From positions 25,606,001 through 25,670,000 of the forward strand of contig NC_047023.1 of NCBI RefSeq assembly GCF_902652985.1: a DNA stretch of 64,000 bases, written 5' to 3'. Below the pieces are notes generated by a model, which worked only from the letters and a program-made list of their open reading frames with translations, was not told the origin of the DNA and ran no database searches. The position numbers and the translations under genes were made by a program. Within the stretch, counting starts at the first letter, position 1; the number at the start of each line of letters is the position of its first letter. Of this stretch, positions 13,901-25,400 are shown piece after piece. This DNA is from Pecten maximus (taxonomy: Eukaryota).

Positions 13901-16232
13901 GCTACGAAGCAGTTTATGTACAATGTATAATTGCACGAGGCTCACTTTTCTTTATCAGTCTACAGTACACTCCATGCAGTCAAAATCAAATAGCTTTTAA
14001 AGCTCGAGAAAAAGTGCAACTGTGTTGATTATATCCAAAGATTACTGGAGGATTGGTGTGAAATTCTTTAATTTATTGACTCACACTGGCGTTTTGGTAT
14101 GTATATTCTGATAAATTTGAGTAAAGCAATAGCGATTTGAAAATTGGCGGTATTTGACACCCCGGAACCTTTCATTGTCATCGTTATTAGTGCAGTGACC
14201 GCCAATATCTTATACTGTGTGTTATACATGTTAAAGTCAATAAATGAATTGAACTTAGTCGCGTGTAAGCTTTTAGAAAGGATCATGGTCATGTGCTCGA
14301 CTATATATTGCATATACTGTACCAGTATGTTATTTGCTGCATAACAGTGTTACATTGTACAACTGTAAATGAGCTCGGCTCTATCAGTTGTGTCATTCTG
14401 TACTCTACTTACATTTTTATTAACATACAATTTATAATCAGCTTAACCACTTGTGGAAAACAATGTTCAAAATTGCATTCAGGTCCAAGGCGGTGTAAAA
14501 CTAGATTTTCAATTTAAACAATATCAGAATGTATTCTCATACTGGGAAAAAATGATTCGCCTGACAAAACGAAGGCATGTGGCCAAGAATCTTCATCCGG
14601 AAATAAAATTTAGTAAATTCATTGAGGGGGAGTAAAGTAAATATGTAAACCTATCGCACACATTTTCAGAGACCTTCACAGTTTGGGGTACTTAATGAGA
14701 AACTTTTGTGATTTGACTTTTAAATATCAGCACAGCTAATTAGTATTGTTTTTATGCAAACAGGTGCTCGTATAGACCACGCCCACCATGACAACGAAGC
14801 TAAACGTTCTCTCGTGGAGACGTTGATGTTTGAAGAAGCTGTGAGTGAGGCGTTACGACTAACATCCACGGAGGATACCCTAATTATCGTAACGGCCGAT
14901 CATTCTCACCCCTTCAACATCGCCGGGTACTCATATAGGGGCAACGACATCCTAGGTACATTGTATTGATTTATTTATCTACTTAGTTCCTTTGTTCATA
15001 CAGGGGCAACGACATCATACGTACACTCTATTTTGTATTAATGATGTCTTACGATTTCTTTACAATATATTTAATAATTCATTAATGAAAATATTTCAAT
15101 CAGCAAAGTTGAATCATTAAAAACATATGTTTGTTTTTTACAATAATGTGTAAGAAGTTTTATCGACTTAAATAAAACTCTATAGGTAAACAGGTTTATT
15201 TTAATCAATATTTTGATAGATAAACTTATCGGTGTCTAGAAATACAGATGAATTACTTTTTTTAAAGATTTTGATAGATAAAAACAATGGTGTGACAGAA
15301 GCCCTTAATAATTTATAAATATGTGTAGGTATAACTATACCGTACTGGGACGAGCCTCCCAGGGATGGTCTCCCTTACACCACACTTGTGTACGGTAACG
15401 GACCCGGGCGGCGCCCATACGAGGGCAGGGCCAACTACACAGGAGTGGACACGTGTAAGTTGTGATGGTGTTATAAAGGTGGTCTGTCATTCCTAAATCT
15501 GACCATATAACACATAATACTTGACACCCCGATGTTTAGATAGAAAACAGAATTCTGGAGTCGAACAGTAGCTGTTGAAATGTTTCACAAATCTGACCAT
15601 ATACGACCGCACGAATCATACATGTATATGGCAACTAGCAATCCTTATAGAACTAAAGTGATACTAGATTATGTTACTATGGTAACCTACCAACTATGTA
15701 TTATGTAACAGGAGGGCTTTCATTGTTTTAACTGCCCCTATCACTACCATTACCACAGTGCAAACGTCGCCATACAGATGTAATGTTGTTGTACCTAATT
15801 TTTAAAACATATGATAATCTTTCATTTTAAAATTGCGGAAAATCCATTTCTTGGTAGCGATATTCCAGTCTTCATGATCTTTAGAAACATACTTGTCTAT
15901 GCTACATTATATCACTACCTGTTAAGGCGATGTTTCGTTCTACCTTTTCAGCTTCGGACGACTTTAAACAGGAAGCTGCTGTACCACTATCGTACGAGAC
16001 GCATTCCGGAGAGGATGTCGGGATATATGCACTTGGACCAATGGCACATCTTCTGTATGGCGTCCAGGAACAGCATTACGTTGCCCACGTGATGCAGTAT
16101 GCCGCCTGTGTCGGTGATTACAAAGATGATTGTAAGCGCCCGGATGATGGCGATTCCAATGGAGGACATACACTGTCTGTCAATATCTTGTTATTTGTTA
16201 CTTTCTGCATAATCACATCAATCGTTATGTAA
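1761..16232 (+). CDS. ALPL: Alkaline phosphatase paralogue 1 (TNAP-like, predicted GPI-anchored); 5'-partial, 9 coding exons in window
   Basis: Manual splicing with GT-AG sites and consistent phases: 1761-1981, 6521-6695, 7014-7183, 9130-9237, 12707-12809, 13593-13733, 14764-14955, 15329-15454, 15952-16232. Motifs: [16 protein letters not shown] (catalytic Ser), [38 protein letters not shown]; hydrophobic C-terminus. Signal-peptide exon not found. Symbol is family-level; orthology not tested. Confidence 0.95.
2016..5010. repeat. 13-bp minisatellite (TACATTATATCTG)n, ~200 copies, ALP-1 intron 2
   Basis: Directly visible; interrupted by a SINE at 4591-4810; source of all the [13 protein letters not shown] ORFs. 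Confidence 0.97.
4591..4810 (+). mobile_element. tRNA-derived SINE with V-domain-like core (family A)
   Basis: A box TGGCCGAGTGG, B box GTTCGAAAC, core GGTTTTTCTCCGGGTTCTCCGGCTTTCCTCC, A/C-rich tail; close copy at 51539-51760. Confidence 0.9.
5285..5700 (+). mobile_element. Dispersed repeat, probable non-autonomous DNA transposon fragment
   Basis: Matches the reverse complement of ~20460-20898; related partial copy at ~6080-6240. Confidence 0.75.
6521..6695 (+). CDS. ALP-1 exon 3 ([25 protein letters not shown]...)
   Basis: ttttag| acceptor, G|gtaaga donor; carries the catalytic Ser. Confidence 0.93.
7014..7183 (+). CDS. ALP-1 exon 4 ([30 protein letters not shown]...)
   Basis: acag| acceptor, CAG|gtaggt donor; 170 nt. 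Confidence 0.93.
7165..8097 (+). repeat. Degenerate ~31-bp minisatellite spanning the ALP-1 exon 4 donor
   Basis: Unit acagtgacgtcatacag-gtaggtttgatata resembles the exon end aatgacatacag|gtaggtttgatat. Confidence 0.85.
7352..7482 (-). mobile_element. Short 3' end of a LINE-type retroposon
   Basis: Minus strand reads gggccttatggcct stem-loop, AATAAA, then (GAATTT)n tail; interrupts the 31-bp array. Confidence 0.55.
9130..9237 (+). CDS. ALP-1 exon 5 ([10 protein letters not shown]...RRDGHDLIE)
   Basis: gatag| acceptor, GAG|gtcagt donor; 108 nt. Confidence 0.92.
9541..10005. mobile_element. MITE with 19-bp TIRs and TA target duplication (Tc1/mariner-type)
   Basis: GGGACCAACCAACCAATTG ... CAATTGGTTGGTTGTTACC (17/19 match), TA on both flanks, inserted in the 26-bp repeat. 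Confidence 0.75.
10022..11190. repeat. 26-bp minisatellite (CAATTGACATTTTAACTTTCTACATT)n in two blocks (10022-10197, 10810-11190)
   Basis: Directly visible; further copies at 9490-9540. Confidence 0.9.
10470..10810. repeat. 24-bp minisatellite (GGTACAATGTACTACAAACTCCTA)n, block 1
   Basis: Directly visible. Confidence 0.93.
12037..12492. repeat. 24-bp minisatellite, block 2 (~19 copies)
   Basis: Same unit as block 1. Confidence 0.93.
12707..12809 (+). CDS. ALP-1 exon 6 (IWKQ...TDYLLG)
   Basis: ttttag| acceptor, G|gtatgt donor; 103 nt. Confidence 0.9.
12848..13405 (-). mobile_element. Non-autonomous Helentron/HINE-type element with internal ~147-bp tandem repeats
   Basis: Minus strand starts TTTTAGGTCACCTG and ends CAGGTGACCG...GGCCCACGGGCCTCTTGT (subterminal inverted repeats plus 3' hairpin); three internal units containing GACCTTGAATGAAGGTCAAGGTC. 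Confidence 0.75.
13593..13733 (+). CDS. ALP-1 exon 7 (LFDASH...PSLAEMT...GYFLMVEG)
   Basis: ttcag| acceptor, G|gtcagt donor; 141 nt. Confidence 0.93.
14764..14955 (+). CDS. ALP-1 exon 8 (ARIDHAHH...TADHSH)
   Basis: acag| acceptor, G|gtacat donor; metal ligands; 192 nt. Confidence 0.93.
15329..15454 (+). CDS. ALP-1 exon 9 (...[15 protein letters not shown]...)
   Basis: gtag| acceptor, T|gtaagt donor; 126 nt. Confidence 0.92.
15952..16232 (+). CDS. ALP-1 last exon (ETHSGEDV...GPI signal, TAA)
   Basis: ttttcag| acceptor; lies within ORF 15930..16232. Confidence 0.93.
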
Positions 16233-18084
16233 TTGTGAACTTATATTATTGCTAGTGATTTTATTTGTTTTGTCTGAAGTTATACCATTGTTTTAAATAA
16301 ATCCTATTTACATATCGTGACAATAAATACCCAACCAATTGCAATCAACAACATTTTCTATTTTTGACATTCCGATAGAAAAAGAGGGGTACCTGAAATC
16401 GATTATAATGTTTTCTGGATATATTTCCCTTTTACTATCATGCAGATAAAGATAGATATGTACTGTTAAAATAAAATCAAAGTGCACAGGGGTGAACTTC
16501 ACCTTTAATCAACCGTCTCTGTATCAGACGTGGTCAAATACGACTTTTAAAACCTCAACCGATGTCTACTAGAATAGCCAGGTTCACAACTTACCGGTGT
16601 GAATGTCCAGGAGTTCAAAGGATGATCTCTACATAACTAACTTCACGGACAGCTGCCTTAAATTACTGATGAAATCAGGGCCTGATTGCAGGATTGTTGG
16701 TTTATTATGTTATTGTAAAAACGTCTCTGAGCCTATTGTCTGGAAGTACATCTTCTACTTTCTACCGGTGACTTTGCTTGAAGTCGAATGATTCTAACGT
16801 TAATGCTGATATCTTCCACCTCGTACCTTACATCTCATTAATTGGCCGTATTACATCTACACCAGTAACGACTCGTACTTTTCGTTTCGTCTTTTCATAT
16901 AAAAACAATCACAACACGGGGATTGCATGTAATATGTATAACTAGGTACTTATTTTGAGACATTTGTGAGGGTATGGAACCTTTCAAACTATAGACAAGG
17001 TCGTAAACCTTCGAGATATCACCAATCATGAAGTCTAAACAGAAGGCTTATCCTACTTACACCAGATTGAGGAGTTCGGCAATTACTTATACATCTATTT
17101 ATGTATATACACGTCTTTCCTTAACGATAAACAAGTTAGCATTACGTTATAGGAGCTGGACATGTATTGGAATACGTGTTGGCTATTAGTGATCTACCTT
17201 ACTGAGATGAGGATCAAAGTGATGGTGATGTAATGTGTTAATTCACAATAAAAAGAACACGTTTTCTGTCTTATTCACATTATTGGTTTTACATTTAAAT
17301 TATAGTTGACCTATTACAATTCGAAGCGAGATACAAAGGAATCCATCTATTGGCCAATTATTTGTAACAACTGAACACAATTACAGTCTGATATCTTTAA
17401 ATCCAAATGTGGACAAAATTAAAAGTTTCATAGACCAATTCAATTAACTAACGTATTTGTGTTATAAATCTATGATTATACTATTGGCTACGTACGTGTA
17501 TATTAACCGAGGCGTAGGTTTTAAAAGGGAGAGAACTCGGATAAGTCTGGAGTAAGATAAACCTTTGCCTCCATTCACTTCCGAGAAGAAAAAAAATACC
17601 TAAAATCCATGTTTTTTTTTGGTTTTTTTCCCAAGTATCTGACTTAGATCCGGTTATTAATATGACCATCCTTAGATTTGTTTTCAAATACATGAACACA
17701 TCTACTCTAAATTCTAAATGATTATGAGTTTCGTACGAACGGTTCAGAAGGGATATATTTAACATTTGAATGGTGTGATACATGTATATTAAGTATGTTA
17801 CATCTCGGCCGAAACAGTTGTCGTGACTAATATTATCATTTGCCAATTCTCTTTAGATTTGTTGTTAAGAGATCATTGATTGTATCCCGAAGACATTATG
17901 CCATGCCAGGCCTCTATATTTGGTATGTAATTCCGGTCTTAAAGCGATCATTTCAGGGTGCTGTTATTGGTTATATTTAATTTTGGTGCTAATTAGATAT
18001 ATTTCTACAACTTTGGTGTTATCTAAGACATTTCTGTAATGAGCAGTATATATATACTGTCACTGGTATGGCATATACCACTTG

Positions 18085-18270
18085 TTTAAAATCTTTCTTG
18101 TAAGAAACCCCAATATCTGATTTACTCGTTCAAATTCTTTCTACTCAGAAACCCCAAAATCCGAGTTACTCGTTCAAATCTGTTCTTCTGAGAAACCCCA
18201 AAATCTGAGCTAATTGTTCAAATTCCTTCTACTGAGAAACCCTAATATCCGAGTTATTTGTTTAATTTCT
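18085..18270. repeat. ~44-bp tandem repeat, 4 copies
   Basis: Recurrent agaaaccc(c)aa(a/t)atc(c/t)gagtta..gttcaaa. Confidence 0.75.
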
Positions 18271-19397
18271 CCGACTGGAAAACTATATTTCTGTGTGTTA
18301 GTTAAAAGCATAATCCCTACTAGGAAACTACATTATATAATATATATACCTACTCAATCAATACTCCCTACTGGGAAAGTTCTTGTAGAGGTATCTTTAT
18401 CTCGTGGATTACATATCCCTCCACATACACGTCATTCCCGTTTGTGTAAAACTTAGAAATTCACGCTGGACTGTCATCATGAAAAAAATATGTATAATTA
18501 TTGTCCATGATATATATACTTCCGTATTTGTGAAGTCAAACTCTGTCTGTTGTTAAGGTCCCTATCTGGTAATCATCGCCGACTTCTTTAGAAGAATTGT
18601 CACGTTCGATATGCTCCCATTGTGATTCCGTTGTGGTCTCAGTGTGCGGACGATTACTATTGGTATTGTGTAATCCAAAAAAATATTTCCATACACAACA
18701 TGTGAAAATAAAGTTAAGGTAAGACGTCACGCCGTCAACAGATGTAAGACTGTTGAGTAAATAAAAGGTACACACAGACATTAGGTGTACCTCGAGTTAT
18801 AGTATCATTGCTTTCAAATAAAATGTATACACTATTTTGCTGTTTACAATCCCACCTTTGGCGCTCGCATTATCACTTAATTACTGGACCCCCCCCCCCC
18901 CCCCCCCCCCCCTTTTTTTTTCTCTCTCGAAAATCTTGGATCCGCGCCTGTTAGAGGTGAGAGTAAGTAGGGAAAGCAAACAAATATTTTTTTCTATTTA
19001 AAGATGGCTGTGCAAGTCACGAAACATGATCTTGTCAGCTTCTCAATAAAATATTAGTACAATTTGTTTGAAATATTGTACAGATCCGTAATGTAAAATC
19101 AACGTAAGAATTTAATCAGAGGAACCAGACTAACGCTTTATCTTACACGTGTAGCAGAAGTGTTTACTTGATAAACTGCACGCCTTGTCAAACCCGTATT
19201 TAAGGCATTAGAGTGAGTTTGATCATGCATGTCGTTACCTGAGACACATTCAAACTAGAGTGACCGAGTGACATAGTTTATTAAAGAGCAGGAACATCAT
19301 ATAGCCGATCTATCTGTTAAACATCACATTGCCGGTCTATCTACACAGGTAAAAACATCACGACTGGTTGGAGACATCGACAGTGTAACTTACAAGG

Positions 19398-19464
19398 ATG
19401 ACAAGTTTAAGGATTACATATCTCTTCTTGGTCATACTAGCTTTGACACACGGAGTCCCTAATA
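19398..19464 (+). CDS. ALP-2 exon 1 (signal peptide)
   Basis: ATG plus hydrophobic core; A|gtaagt phase-1 donor matches the phase of the next exon. Confidence 0.8.
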
Positions 19465-22400
19465 GTAAGTGTACATATAATCAATTATAATGGAAACGTT
19501 ATGAAGTTTTTATAACCTATACAATATCTCGTTTGTGAGGTGGTCCGCAAGGTGTGACAGTACACGCTTCTCTTAAGTGCTTCGAACCTTTATATTTCTT
19601 ATGTTCATGTTTCTTCACAGGACTCTTATTCGTTACGACTTACTTTGAATCCCCGGACTGTATTGTAACTCAACAACTGAAATTGATGATGTTGGAAGTT
19701 ACAGGATTACATCACTCAATCTATTGATGGGTTTCGTCTCACCAACTATATAGGCGTTTGTCCTGTTGGTGTCCTATTCTGGGGGTTGAAGGATTAAATA
19801 GGTACACTGCTCTTACAGCTAAATTAGCATACTTTGCCATTCAAACATATAAAGAAACAGGTATTTCAATGCACTTATTGTTAAATAGATGTTAGAGTGA
19901 AGGCTTGAACACTAACACCTAATGCAGAGCACCTGTACAAGAAAATGTCTGTGTGTACCTTTTATTTACTCTCAAATCCGTCCAGCGTTATTTAAGTTAA
20001 ACTCAATATATGCGCGCGTGTTTGATAAACATATGTTCGAAAATCGAGGAGAAAATGGTAAGGAAAATTGATAAATGAAGATCACATAGGTCCGACTTTA
20101 TCTGGGCATTTTTCACCGTTATGGACGTACACATATTTTATATCATTGTTTCATAAAATTATACTTATGTGAATACATAGTGAAGACCATGACTGATTTG
20201 TTAATGATTTCGCGCAGAATCCAATCCTGGAACTAAAATTAAGCGTATTCTTGAAAGACTGGTCTTGAATGTTTTAGTTACAAGCAATCCGTTGTTGCTA
20301 AAACAGTAATTAACGAATTAACCTTGGTGTGCCAGATTACATGGGCGAAAATCGTTTATATATTATATATTTACGTCTCTACTTTCTTCAGCTTAGTAAA
20401 CTCTGACTGCGTTAAAATTAGCATTAAAAGCAGTGAAAAAAGGCTCGGCGGAGTGATGAGCGCGCAAATTGGTAACATAATCACAACGTCTTTTTTGTGA
20501 CTTTTAACGGAACGTCAACTAGACGGCGCCATTTTCAAAGGACTGGTCAACGCAATTTTAAGCGTTTTCTCCTTTTACCGATGATCTCTGTACAAAAAGC
20601 TAATGCCGAGTGAGTATTTTGTCAAAACCTAAACTGAAGATTGCAGAAATGAGGGAAAATTTAACTTTTCCACGAAGTAAGCTAACAACAAATGGCTGAA
20701 GCGTACAATTTGTATAGAACATTCGACCACGTCACTACTGAATCTGTGTCAATACCCGCTGTGCTTGACAACAGTAGCTAATCCGAGACGGAAAGTGTGG
20801 ATTGAGAATATATCAATTAATTGAAAACGTAAAATGTATTAAACAAATGTATTGAGTTGTTTCTTTTAATTTTATTAACAATACATGTGTCTTTACGTAG
20901 CAACCACGGCTGCCGTAGTTACCAACTACGAAATATTGTGACGGCGGTCACATCCGTGCTTTATTACGTCTTTTTCTGGGTATGAATTAACTTCTGTTCC
21001 CGATATATGTTTGCAATCAGACAGGTTTGAAAGAAAGCACTATTGCGCGAACATAGTCTATCAGCACGGTTACCGATAAACGGGTTAAAACGGGCACATA
21101 AGGTGTAGGGCAAGTGCAATATTCTTTCTATGTTTGAATTTTGACGTCATGATATAATCTTAATTTGTTGACGTCTCCTTTCTATAGCATAATATATTCG
21201 TTGAGATATTCGTGCGTGTAAGATTCTAAATATAGGGTTAGATTTTCTGAGCGGCATAAGCGAACAGTTAGATAATTAAACAATTAGATAAAACTACATT
21301 GTGTTATTAACAAATCTGTCGTCTGCTTCAAAGAACACAGAAACTAGGCTGAGTCAAAAATGCAGTGTACAGCGCCCACGTAAGAATTCCTCAATACAAT
21401 GCAGCATTTATTCTTGCCGCATACATGTACATGAATTTACCCGTGGGTAGAAAAACAGACGATGTCAGGCATGAGAGATCAAGGTGTCATTTTATACACC
21501 TGGCAATTAGAGCATGAAGTGATTTGCTGTGTAACCAAACGGCACAGCTCAGATTAAGCAATTAGCTACAATGCTGCAATGTTTACGTCGGCGACGTCAT
21601 AGGAACATGCGACGTCATAAAAGCAGGAGCATTTGAATAATACCCTTTTCCATACGTAAAGTTTATATACAGCGTTCTGTTCAGTGTAAATATTTTTTAT
21701 AGGATCTAAGGTATGTACAAAATGTAGCAAATTATTGATATAACTACATAATGCGTAAAAGAAATAAAGGACTGAAACTGCTGTAGCCCTATAACTTTTC
21801 AAAGTTAAGGATCAAATCAAGTGATATTACACAGGCATATCAATATAATTTAGGACATGGCAACACGATTATTTATGAGGAAAAAGCAAAGGTAGTTTGA
21901 AGTAAAGCACGGAAATTTCTTTAAAAAAAAAACAACCAAAAACACAGTTAAACTATTTCTTTCGAAAACATTCCTCTTAAAATGTTCAAATGTATGCACT
22001 GAATTTTGACCTTTAATAGTATTATAATAGGAACATCTGTATTAATCGAATAACCTCCATATATGTGATATTTGTGTGTTATTATTCACAACCGACTTTT
22101 GGATTTTATTGTCAAAACAATACTAATCCTTATGTTATCAATAGTGTCAAATCCAGTCAAACAAATGCATAAGCGCATGGTTATTTTGTGCATTATATGT
22201 GATCCGCATGAGCCTTCTGCACTTTGTTCTCCTGAAACGTGCATTGCTTTGCATGTTATGCAGAAGTTTATCAATAGTTCAATACATTACATGCCCACAA
22301 CAAAGACCCATGGCTAGCCATAACACATACTAATAATGTATTGCTACTTCTCTTCAATTGCATATGAGAAGTAATTTATAGGCTTGTAAAATATCATTCG

Positions 22401-25400
22401 ATTTGCTAAATTAGGTAGTTTAAGCACTACCTTTCAGGCAACTATATGTTTTTTTTTCGATATATATGTATTGAGATTTTATAATATAGTTTGTAACCCA
22501 ATTTTGATATTAAATTGATATTAAAGCAACACACTCCCTAACAAATATTCATGAATGTTTAATTTTGACCTCTTTACAGATTTCAGACTTAATATATACA
22601 CACCAAATTATCTCGAATCAAAAACTGGAATAACATATATATTTATGAAATTTCTAAAAATAATATCTGAGTCCGACGGACCAATTTCTATCCAATAAGT
22701 ACTACAGTGCAACAGTCGGGTTATCAGTCAACAATAACAATGGCGGAACTCCGAAAGCATGTGCCTGCCAAAACGCAGACAGATTCGTAAAGAAACGTAA
22801 AAGGGTCTGGAATCGGCAAAACCTCATGATTTCCTAAGAAGAAGAATTGATTCGTTGGAACTTAGCGAGAGAAGAAAAGAGATTGATTTCCCATTTTGTC
22901 GGGCGTCTATTAAATTGCTTAGCCTTTTCCTTGTTCCTCGTACATTGTCAACTTCACCAATCTGATTTTTATCGATGTTTTGTTGTATTGATATTGCTAT
23001 ATTTTATAATAAGTATTTGGTGGTATGTTTGTTTATGTTGATCAGTTATTACGGGAATATTTTGCTAATATGATCAAATGAAAGCATCAATAGACAAGTT
23101 CACGCTTACTCGATAGTGAATCAACGGCCATGTGTGTAGTTTATTTGTAGTGTGCGTTGATGTAGCCTCGTTCTCGGCTCCTTGACAAATCTCGCGATAA
23201 CAATAAATGCGGCGAGTAATTTTTATATACTGATGTCACAATGATTCCCCCAATCAAGCGGTCATTTTATTGTTACATTGTAGGAGAGCGTGAATGAGCA
23301 TGTGATTGCTTTTGATATATGTGTATAACGAGAGTTTTAGGTTATTTGGGAGCATGTGGCTTTAAATACCGTGATGGAATTGCATCACGATCAGAAATTG
23401 TCATAAAATGCTGATGTTTGATATTTAAAGTTTACTCTTTATTGCCTTTCTCTCTTTCCGATATTGTTAAATTGATATGATTCTTAAACAGGGATATTGT
23501 AAATCTGTCAAGACTCCCCCTTGATAGCGTACATTTTTAACATACGGATTACTGGAGCTATGTGTACTGAATGGGTGTTAGTACATATACAGTATATGTA
23601 AAATACAATGATGGTTTCATGCAGCCGATTCATAAACCACTCAGAAACTAAATTCCTTTTAACAGAATTCATTCAAACAGATAATCCCATACTGAAAATT
23701 AACATCAATTACAAAGATATTAAACAAAAATTGTTTTATTAATGAAACGTTACGATTATTACAGTAATTTGCACAGAGTTGCATAATTTTCTATCCTAAT
23801 ATAGGCTAGTCAGGGCTTATTCCACAATTCTTCCCTAATTAACAATTGTTACTTTTGACTAAAATATCTGTTAAAGGTTAAACTAAGTTAACAGATATAT
23901 CTATTAATATTTGATCAAATGAAAATACACAAATATATTTATAAAGACACAATGTAAGAACGACTTTTGTTGTACATAAAAAATGTATGTACAAATATGT
24001 CACATTTTTATGATTTAAAGATGCTGCATCTATGAAAAATAGTAATTATGACTGCTTGAAAATATCAATAGACAGTTGTGAGTCGTTTCCCAGAAAATTG
24101 GACGTATACACTATTGTATTTTATACATGATTATCTAGGCCCTATGACTTTAAACAGCCTCTTTCAGATTTTATACATCATCTTCTAATCACAGACGTGA
24201 TTGCTTTGTTTATATAGAATCGTAAATTGTCCTTTTTGTTCACCATTGATATGACTGGTAGCCATTTTATTTGTTAGGATCGTCTATTTACAAACATCCT
24301 GCCTAATACACTACAAAGTAACTCTTATATCTTTACGTTAACAAATCGCCATATTTTCATGATATAATGCAAAACAGGATAAGATATATTCGTAGTCTTG
24401 GAGACTTTGTTACTTACATACTTTTAACTTATGTTGCCTCTGGACTATTGTGGGTAGATAACACGTAGCTACCTTTGGTTTGGATGGCCCTTAATCCCTG
24501 TATCAATGTTGAGTTAGGCTTCACAAATGCCTGTCTAACTTTTTTAAGAACTAGATAATTACTGAGATGAGAGTGAAAATATTCATTCATTAAAAGAGAA
24601 AAACCTATTTTGACTGTTGGTAATTCAATCATTAACATAACTAGAGCATTATTTTGCACTATTCAAAATACATCAAACTACATATTGCTCATTAATCCAT
24701 AAAACTGCCATATGGTGAGTGATTTAAACATGGTATTTGATGTGTTTTATTCAGCAGGAAACACAAATTGGAATCAAATGGCAAGAGACAGTCTGGAAGA
24801 AGCTCTGAAATTGAAGCAAATCAACAAGGTTGCAAAGAATATCATACTGTTTATTGGTGATGGACTCGGGCTCTCAACCGTGACAGCTTCAAGGATACTC
24901 AAAGGTCAAAAGATGGGTAACCCTGGGGAAGAGACTGTTCTCGAGTTCGAGAAATTCCCATACGTAGCCCTGTCTAAGGTAATGTGATCTATGTCAAGCG
25001 TTAAACGCACAGCATGTCCCAATATATATATATAGGTACATATATTTATGTTAACGATCTGTGATATCAGACACCAAAAAAAGTTAATTTACAGGGCAGG
25101 AATGCGGGGGAAGAATGCTCTCTGTTTACATATCATATGTACCATGCATAGTCATTTCAAGGTATGTAAAATGAATAGTGACACTCGATATATATATATA
25201 TATATTCTATATGTGTAACCTTTATCTCAAGATGGCCGAAGTGATTTGTGTGCAATTAAAATTGATATTTGAAATCATACTGTCCTGTTTTCAGAAAATA
25301 TACAAGACCTTCAAAACATGCTAGACTTTTTGCATTCGTATTCTTCACGATGGGATTTAGAGGTAAACCTGGATAAAACTAAAATAGTTGTGTTCAGGAA

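Noticed and set aside
18886-18950. Poly-C tract as a G-quadruplex regulatory element of ALP-2
   Set aside because: Adjacent GGATCCGCGCCTG looks like a MITE terminus; no evidence of function, and homopolymer length is unreliable.
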